Of a stretch of 54,717 nt of DNA, positions 54,571-54,717 are shown in pieces (position 1 is the stretch's first letter; each line of letters opens with the position of its first letter). A model generated the notes under the pieces. That model was given only the letters and a program-made list of their open reading frames with translations, ran no database searches and was not told where the DNA came from. A program made the position numbers and the translations under genes. The stretch lies in assembly GCA_016927275.1 (NCBI GenBank), contig JAFGMW010000064.1, positions 1 to 54,717 on the forward strand. Reading direction: 5' to 3'. The stretch comes from Pseudomonadota bacterium (GTDB lineage Bacteria; UBA10199; 2-02-FULL-44-16; JAAZCA01).

Positions 54571-54717
54571 CATATAAAATATATTTAATGTTCAATAAAT
54601 AATAGATACGAATATAAAGAATATTTACTGACCTTCCCCCTGGAAATCGGTCCAGTTGAAACCTGAAAGAGTCTGGGCTAGAAGCTCCCGAGCAGGGGGG
54701 GGGGGGGGGGGGGCAAA

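Noticed and set aside
54677-54686. GCTAGAAGCT, matching the fprA heptamer
   Set aside because: Barely more than one unit and not at a gene junction; compatible with chance.
54695-54713. 19-nt poly-G run at the window end (phase-variation tract or G-quadruplex)
   Set aside because: It lies four bases from the sequence end and is not in a recognisable gene or promoter; most likely a two-colour sequencing or assembly artefact. Read-level support would be needed.

Overview
High-GC, gene-dense chromosomal window from a Gram-negative bacterium (Tol proteins, TolC, OmpA, lipoproteins). The gene styles suggest a deltaproteobacterial-grade lineage such as Myxococcota or Bdellovibrionota, but this is inference only. 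Left to right it holds: (i) a minus-strand run of HEAT-repeat lipoprotein, OmpA-family outer-membrane protein, small lipoprotein and a signal-peptide-bearing phage-tail-fibre-like protein that runs off the window edge and is missing from the ORF track; (ii) a TolC-MFP-RND efflux operon; (iii) Nif3, a DPSL-type ferritin, small hypotheticals, gpmA and a PAS histidine kinase/receiver pair; (iv) an anaerobe-type O2/ROS/NO defence block (flavodiiron protein, rubrerythrin, desulfoferrodoxin, 2-oxoacid oxidoreductase alpha/beta, Hrb-like flavin reductase, rubredoxin, FAH, DUF318 permease, transketolase), followed by gnd-zwf and hcp; (v) tolQRAB-ppx, murI, S41 protease, PFK with a PPi-type signature, OPT transporter, FKBP, arsP-like/arsC and prfC; (vi) an AT-richer terminal insert with a toxin-first HipA kinase and an XRE-HTH/DUF1488-like partner. 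Non-coding structure includes six heptamer tandem arrays at gene junctions (four share an NACGAGT unit), two sigma54 promoters each with an IHF-like site upstream of orphan genes, and a predicted leaderless, operator-overlapped hipA promoter. I recognised no rRNA, tRNA, CRISPR array, integrase or transposase. The best candidates for an undescribed system are the fibre-display operon, the HipA/HTH-DUF1488 module and the junction heptamer arrays. All product calls come from motif recognition; no database search was run.
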